Below the pieces are notes generated by a model. That model saw only the letters and a program-made list of their open reading frames with translations, searched no databases and was not told the origin of the DNA. From positions 21,222,871-21,286,870 of the forward strand of contig NC_092676.1 in NCBI RefSeq assembly GCF_964355755.1: a stretch of DNA of 64,000 nucleotides. The letters run 5' to 3'. Source of the DNA: Antedon mediterranea (taxonomy: Eukaryota > Animalia > Echinodermata). Positions 56,615 to 64,000 of the stretch are shown piece by piece; within the stretch, counting starts at the first letter, position 1, and each line of letters opens with the position of its first letter. The translations under genes were made by a program, and so were the position numbers.

Positions 56615-59600
56615 CTATCCTACTGTAATTATGTCACGAATCCAGTCAAGAAAAGATGGAACTCTAGTGTAAAATCCATATTTTCCTGATTGTCCGCAAC
56701 CTTCACCCCAACTGACTATCCCGAACAAATACCAACGGTCATCGTGCAAAATAGAAAAGGGCCCACCACTATCTCCCTGGCAGGCGTCTTGCACTTTTCG
56801 CTCGTATCCAGCACAGAACATATTACCTGTCACTGTGTGTCTTGATGAAGAAATACATCTTCTTTGGTCAACGAAAGGGACATATACCTCACTCATAAAC
56901 CGTGGTTTTGGGCCACCTTTCACGAGACTCCCCCAACCGTTTACTCGACCAAGTTGGTTCCTTTTCAAGGCTTTCGCGGTTAGGTTTTTTGTCGGTAAGC
57001 ATATTGGTCTAACGTGGTCTGTAAAGGTTGAAATTGGTCTATCAAGCTTAATCATGGCAATATCAGCGTTAAAGGTGTCAGGACTGAAATCTTCGTGCGT
57101 AACAATCTTCGCAATTTTGTAAAACTCTTCTTCAGATTCTTTATATACAGAGTCGTGGTCAGCCACACGAATAAGAGTATTCCTCTTTTTCACTTTGAAT
57201 TCTAGAATGCAGTGAGCTGCTGTTACTATCCATTCGGAATTAACGATTAATCCTCCGCAGAAATGTGTCCTTTTGCGAAAGTGGTAGAGTCGTACTATCC
57301 ACGGAGCAGAACCTCTCACGGATTCTCTTCCACCCACCACACGTCCACTGCCTGCACTGCGCTTTTTCTGATCGAGTAACGCCTCTGGTGATGTAACAAT
57401 TCCACATTCTATTAAACAAAACCTTTTTTTAATTTAATTGTTCGTTATCATGGATAATTATAAATATAAGGGTTGCCACGTAACACTTATAATAACATTA
57501 ATATTTGGCCATTGTTTTTAGTCTACAGCTCACTATGTCGGTCGGTTGGTTGGTCGGTAAACTCTAACTTGAGCACGCGACTGCAGCCATGTACAGTATA
57601 TGGCCTTGTTACTGCATACGCATGCTGACATGTGTGGTTTTGTCTTTGCAGTAATACATTATTATTATTATATAACAAAAATCACTGAAACAAATGGGGT
57701 AGATTAATCTATTCTGATACTACCTGCCATGACGCTAATAAACATAAACAACAAATATATTATACATTTAATGTAGGCCTATCATGAGAGGCTAATGCCG
57801 AAAATTATTATTTATAATCAAATAATGTGTAGTTAGTTAAAGAGTGATTTGTCAAGTCAGTTACTTACGATCAATGTCTTTAATTTGAGATTGTACGGCG
57901 AGAAAGGCATACTCTACTTGGAGAACCACATTACCGTCTGCCATTACGACGCATGCGTATTTTCCTGCATCTTCAGCAGTAATTGTGGTAATGTTTAAAC
58001 TTCCATCTGGCAAACTAAACACATGTTCGTTACTGGTTATGACCTCACCACCCTTTTCCCACATTATTGAATACGTATCGTCTTCCAATGTACAGCTAAA
58101 CATGTGATTATCACCAGAGCTACGTGTTATATTACTGGGTTTTGTAGTTAAAAGATCGCCAACTATTACTTCTGTGTACAAAATATAATATAGAAAAACC
58201 ATTGTAAAGACAAGGAAATTGATATTACAGATTCAGTTCATAAAGCTTTTTCAAAAAGTTTTTATTGACCAAATCACAACACTGAAATCATCGCAATAAG
58301 GCTATTGTACGTGTGGGTGTGTAATCAATGTTCTTGGCGTTTGATCAAACGCTTAGCTACTGTGAACCAATTATAAATATCAAAACGTTATATTTAAAAC
58401 GGTAACAAATCACTTTAGTTTAGCCTGCTTTCGTTTGGATTTCTTCTTAATCTTAATTATTGTATCCTCATCCTAAATCAAGGAAAATAAATTTTATTTT
58501 CCTACAAGGGAAACCATGCTCGTCGTACATAAAACAAAACTGCATCCCTTGTAACATAGCAAAGTTTAAAATTCAAAATAAAGAGGTATATATAATCGAC
58601 CCTTCCCTGAAAAACGTTTGGGCTGGGAAGTGTTGAGCGACATGAGGAATCATTAAAAATAATATGGCCATTTGCCCACTATCGTTAAAATGTATCATTG
58701 TGATTATAGTAATGAAGTTGATTCACCTATAAACATTTGTTGTTGTATTACATTATTGTTTTGTCCTGTAGCACGACATGTATACTTTGCTTGATGAATG
58801 TAAGACACAGAAGCTATAAACAAGATTCCTCCAGGCAGAGCAAGAATACCATCCGTTGCTTGTCCTAAAAAACATACAAAAGTTAAACCAAGGAAAGACA
58901 ATAACAGGACACTCGAACCAAGATAGAAACTCATATCAGTCTTTTGATCTTATGCCTGGCTGCGACAAATACCAACAGTACTGTACTATGGACATATTCA
59001 CTGCGGCACATGGTGTTGTCTATAAGTGGCGTGGAACTGATTGTGTAGCAGCCACAGATAAACGCTTTGATCTCCAGAGCTCAGCATCTTGTCGATATAT
59101 TGCCTTGGTTAAACTAACAATAGTATTATTTAAGATATCTATAACCATTTCAAGAAAATGATTTGCATTAAAGAAGCGTCGTCGCAAATCGCTGATAAAC
59201 ACAAATGTTGTCTTTTTAATTTCCGGATTATCTATGACTTTTAAAGTAAAGTAATTTTTCTCAACTGAAAATTTTTCTATTCTATTATTATTGTATGTTC
59301 AAAACAAACAAACTTATTGAATTATTTAATTATTATGCAATATATTGCCTGGCAAATTTCATTTCAATCCCCATTCTTCCTGGAAACCTTGGTTTTTAAA
59401 AACACAAACAACATACCTTCTTCTAATAGTTCGTCATTTCTCAACCAGACAACATGAGCGGATGCGTCGCTGACTGAACATGTCTCTGTAATTAGGTCTC
59501 CCAATTCAACAGATTTATTTTGAAGAGAGTTTACAAATGCAAGTTCTATCATCAAAGCATATACAAAATGTACAGTAAGAGTGGGATGAAATGTAGGACC

Positions 59601-60923
59601 ATAGCAGGTCATTTTTTGCTAGCTTCAATATTTCTAATTATCATTCAACAAATACAATTAAATTGGATATTAACTTATGGCTAAAACATCACATCATAAT
59701 TATTGATTTGTGCCTATATACAAAAGAAAGTATTCTCACATGCACGGATGAAGGACTAAAGTGTTGCCTGAAAGATCTGCATATTTTCTGACTATTTTAC
59801 TTTATCGTTTTGATTTATATTTTTGCTTATTTTATTTTCATTGTGATCGAGCCACTAATATCCACAGCATTGACATCAGTAAGTTGTCTTGGTATTTATA
59901 TACAAAGAAAAGTTACAAACTGTTTTTTTATTATTATTATTATTAGGCATACCGGTATGTAGGACATGCGAATCTTAAAACTATAAAACTGTTTTTTTTT
60001 TAATCTGATACTGGACATAATTATTATAATATCTGCAGATGGTTCTGTAAAAAAGAAAGCTTACTAACCTTGACAAATAAGTTGACTTCCTGTCCAGGTA
60101 CCATCCTGCTGGCAGATGCGATGGAAACTTCCAGAAACTTGAAAATGGTCGTCTGCACACTGGAATATGCAAACTGAGTTAGGTACTGGTTCTAAGCATA
60201 GAACCACTTCAACACCAGGAAGAATAGGTAATTCTGGACATTTTCTCTGCATTTCTAAAAACATATTACAAAAAAAAACTTAACGGCACAGTCTACAAAA
60301 TTTTACACCACTAATCGAAAACACGTCACACCCTCTACCCAAATTAGTGCTGATCAATCTAGTATACCTGAGCAAGATAATGCTTGTCCAGACCACGTTC
60401 CATCTGCTTGACAAACTCTGGTTTCATCTCCGCTAACTTTTTCACTTCCTGGCTTACAACGGAAAGAGCAAATTGATCGGAAAAGAGACGGTTTAGGGCA
60501 TCGACTGCTGGTCGCAAAATTCGGAACAACCAATGCAGGACAAGCAATAGCTGAATACAAATAAACAGGTAAACATTAATGTACACATTTTATATCCATG
60601 CAATCAATCGATTAATAGTCACACTGTTGGGTCTCGGCCGCATTGTTTCTACTATTTTATTTAACGAAGTTGATGAATCGCTCTTCGGTGTATGTCAAGT
60701 TGATGGCGACGCATATGACTAGATACTAATTTTACGACCATACCTTGACACCATAAATCGTTTCCTGACCAAGTGCCGTCATCTTGGCATTCACGTCTGA
60801 CGTCACCAAACGTCATCATGTGACCCTCAAAGCATTGTAAGTTACATACTTCTCCAGGTTTTCTTAAATTATTGCAGTCTCCGCCAGCATTGGCTGGTGT
60901 TCGTAAGTGTGGACACAGTGTTT
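56615..60923 (-). CDS. mosaic trypsin-like serine protease: >=3 CCP/sushi + 2 Ig + S1A protease (5' end beyond window)
   Basis: Phase-1 exons: CCP 60923-60744, 60550-60368, 60254-60069 (C-P...C.F.C...C..DGTWSG..L.C); Ig split over 59545-59417 and 58864-58727; Ig 58171-57869 (DAGKYAC); protease 57408-56615 (R|VVGG, TAAHC, DIAMIKL, DACQGDSGGP, GIVSWGEGC, KYGFYT). Confidence 0.9.
57515..57610 (+). mobile_element. Helentron/DINE-like short element
   Basis: TTTTTAG...(GTCG/GTTG)n...CACGCGACT...GGCCTTGTT layout. Confidence 0.55.
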
Positions 60924-61510
60924 CTAAGTGAAGATACAATCATACCATCGAATGAAATAAACAACCTAAAAAATTCGTTCGTTCTTCTATCACACATACT
61001 AAAAAGTATCCCATTTGAATATTCGATTCTGTTTCACGTGTCTGTTATGTATTGCAAAATGGTAATAAATGTTGCACAAAACAGTACTTTTCAACGAAGA
61101 AACATATTCACCGGCAAGCTCAATTTGTTTTGTCACGCGATAGGTCGGTAAATAATCCAACAGTGTTACTCCCATTCTGCTTTTAAAATCTTGCTTTTTG
61201 GGTTTTAAGTACACATTTTGAGAGTGATTTTACTACCAATATTGTTATCAGCACTTACAACTATTGTATTGTATATTCTTTTTTCTTATTTTTATCTGCT
61301 AAACTGGATTTAGAAAAGATTTTTTTTATAGCTATAGCTAGGCCCTATCTAGCTGTGTGCATGCTATTGTCTTAGCAGTGTTCAGTGAAGCAAAGCCTAT
61401 TGTTGCCTTAGAACTTTGGGACAGCATAGCATAGAAGATTTGTTTACAGGGCCTAGAGTCGGTGTATGTGTGATATTATTATTATAATCTACCATTGCTA
61501 CGAGTAAACT

Positions 61511-64000
61511 ATGTTGACCTATAACTATAGCTACTCAAAGCTACTTAACCTGAGACAATATGCTGGAAAAATTACTACTGCGGTTGGAAGTGTTTTGAAC
61601 GACTTGGGAATTTTCCATTATAGAGGTACCCGTGGTGGACGCAAGTCAAAATTTCACACAAAGAGTAATAAAGATATAGATTCTAAAAGCCTTTCTAACA
61701 TAAACAAGAAAGTACAAGAAGCAGTTAGGAAAAAAAAGCCTGCAAAATATTTTCATTGGCGAGCAGGACAGATTAATGTTAATACCTGCTCAGATGACTT
61801 CTTACTACATGAAACCCTCATTCAAATTAAAGCAGCAAACCTTGACATCGTGTGTATGCAGGAAGTGAGACGGATTGGTACCGGTGCAATCTCACATGAG
61901 GGCTACAATGTATACTGGACTGGACTGAAAATCAAAAAGATGTATGGGGTTGCTATTGCCATCAAACAGTCACCCCATATCAAAGTGTCTAATGTTTATT
62001 ATGTTTATGAACGTCTAATGGCAATAGACGTCACAATAAAAAATTGTAAATTAAGAATTGTGTCTGCGTACTCTCCTACGGAATCCGGTTCAGAATCATC
62101 AAAGGATATTTTCTATGCAAAACTCTCCAAAGTAACAAGAGTTGAGAACAACACAAAACTCTTACTGATGGGAGACTTTAATGCAACATCAACAATAACA
62201 ACCAGAAAATCACTCTTTGATGGAAACCTACATAGATTTCAAGACACAGATGACATTAGTAACGACAATGGCACAAGACTCATCAACTACTGCTCTGACT
62301 TCAAGCTATGCATACTGAACACCTGGTTTGACCATCCAAACGTTCATCGGATCACTTGGCATAGCAACGATGGTGTTACAAAGAAAATACTAGATTACAA
62401 CATATGTGATCACTGGTTGAGGAAGTATGTTACTGACACAAGAGTCTATAACAACTATTATCTTTCGTCGGATCATAGAATCCTTGTGAGTAATATGACA
62501 ACACCAGCCAACAAAGCAGCCAGGTGGAAGAAGCATAAAAAGAAAAAACAGAGCAAGAGAGCCAACATGAGTAAACTTAAAGATCGAGAAGTAAGAAATA
62601 ATGTTAAAACAAAGATAGAAGAAGAAATTAATAAAATTACTTCTCCTGAAAAGACAACAACCACTACATCAACTGAGCGCTATACAACACTTATGACAGT
62701 GCTAAATAAGGCAGTTGAAGAAGTCCCGAAGAAAACAAGAAACCAAAATGCTCATCCCTGGGATGGTGATGAAAGACTACAACAGCTTATAAAAGAAAGA
62801 AAGAATATTAACAAAAGCATAGTTACCTACAAAGAAGAGGAGATCAAGGCTATGCAGAAAGCAATTAAGATAAGGGTGAAGGAACTACGGAATGAATATT
62901 TGTATGAAGAAGCAAGCAAGTTAAATGAAGCCCACCAAAATAGAAAAATATTTGATTTATGGAGAAAAGCTAAGGAGCACGGTGATGTTATAAGAAAAGC
63001 ACCAAAGCCTATAAAATGTCCTGGATTACGTGAACACTTTAAAGATCACTTTAATCCAGACCAATCTAGCCTTAAAATCCCAGATGAAATTAGCACACCT
63101 CCAGAATATATTATCAACCTGAGACAACCAGAATTTGAGATGGACAATGAACCTCCGTCCAAGAAAGAAATTATTGATGCAATCGGACATCTAAAAGGTC
63201 GCAAAGCTACCCTAGATGTCGCTTCTGAAATGTTGCAAGTCGCCACAGAGAACCCAGTATTCGTCGACCATGTACATAGACTGTTTGAGGAAATTTGGAG
63301 AACGAAAGAAGTACCAAGTGATTGGGGACTGTCCAAATTAACAACCATTTGGAAAAAAAAGGCAGTCCACTTGATCCATCAATGTATAGAGGAATATCAA
63401 TTGGGTCTACATTTTCAAAGATACTTATGGTTATCATTCTTTCACGTTTTTCCATCTTTTATGAAAGTCAACTTCTACGCACACAGTTTGGATTCAGGTC
63501 CAACAGAGGGTGCAATGATGCTATATATGTAATCAAGCAGATCCAGGAAATTGCGTATCGCTCAAATCGTAAACTCTATACATGCTTCATTGATTTAACA
63601 GCAGCATTCGACCATGTGAATCGTAATCTTCTTTTCCTAAGCGTTCGTAATAGGTTTCACTTAAACCAGTCTACTACTATGATTGACATTATACAATCAC
63701 TGTACAGCTCAACGAAAGCATACCTTGCTGACGACGATCCGAGTGATGATAAGTTCGAAACATCTTCTGGGGTGCGACAGGGTGGTATTGAGAGTACCAG
63801 CATGTTTAACCAATATTTTGATTACGTTATTAGAGTGTTCAAACAACGCTGTAAAGATGCTAGTTTGGATGGCCTAATGATACAATACCTAATTCCTATT
63901 GAAGCTACAAATCGTGCTCAAAGATGTAAAGCACCATCAAGGGGCATCTATGACGACTTTGAAAGTGGCTATGCTGACGACTTTGCTGTAAGCTCCTGGT
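61511..64000 (+). mobile_element. non-LTR retrotransposon (LINE, RTE-like) with APE endonuclease and reverse transcriptase, 3' truncated by window
   Basis: The ORF has APE motifs (QEVRR, AYSPT, GDFNA, DY, SDHR). After a -1 shift at the A-run 63353-63360 the RT continues: KGSPLDPSMYRGISI, QFGFR, FIDLTAAFDHV, GVRQG, and YADD at 63970-63981. Confidence 0.93.

Noticed and set aside
62473-63455. Minus-strand ORFs within the LINE, and + ORF 56835-57122 within the protease
   Set aside because: Antisense shadows of real coding sequence.

Overview
AT-rich, intron-rich eukaryotic (animal) genomic DNA. The gene content suggests an invertebrate deuterostome, possibly an echinoderm; this is an inference. 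I assembled the genes by hand from GT-AG splice sites. From left to right: three tandem divergent tetraspanins (+; the first is 5'-truncated), PRMT1/8 (-) head-to-head with a CD151/TSPAN11-like tetraspanin (+), a SIRT3-like sirtuin (+), and a ~7 kb tandem duplication carrying two 13-exon hexa-EF-hand (calbindin/calretinin/secretagogin-family) genes, the second with one premature TAG. These are followed by the 3' part of a mosaic CCP(sushi)x3-Igx2-trypsin protease (-) whose upstream intron holds a near-intact APE-RT LINE (+). Between tetraspanins 1 and 2 lies a 3.4 kb satellite built almost entirely of nested palindromes, with a 1141-bp higher-order repeat. Many MITEs, tRNA-derived SINEs and a 5S rRNA-derived fragment occupy the introns. 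Most short ORFs in the supplied track are spurious or are exon read-throughs.
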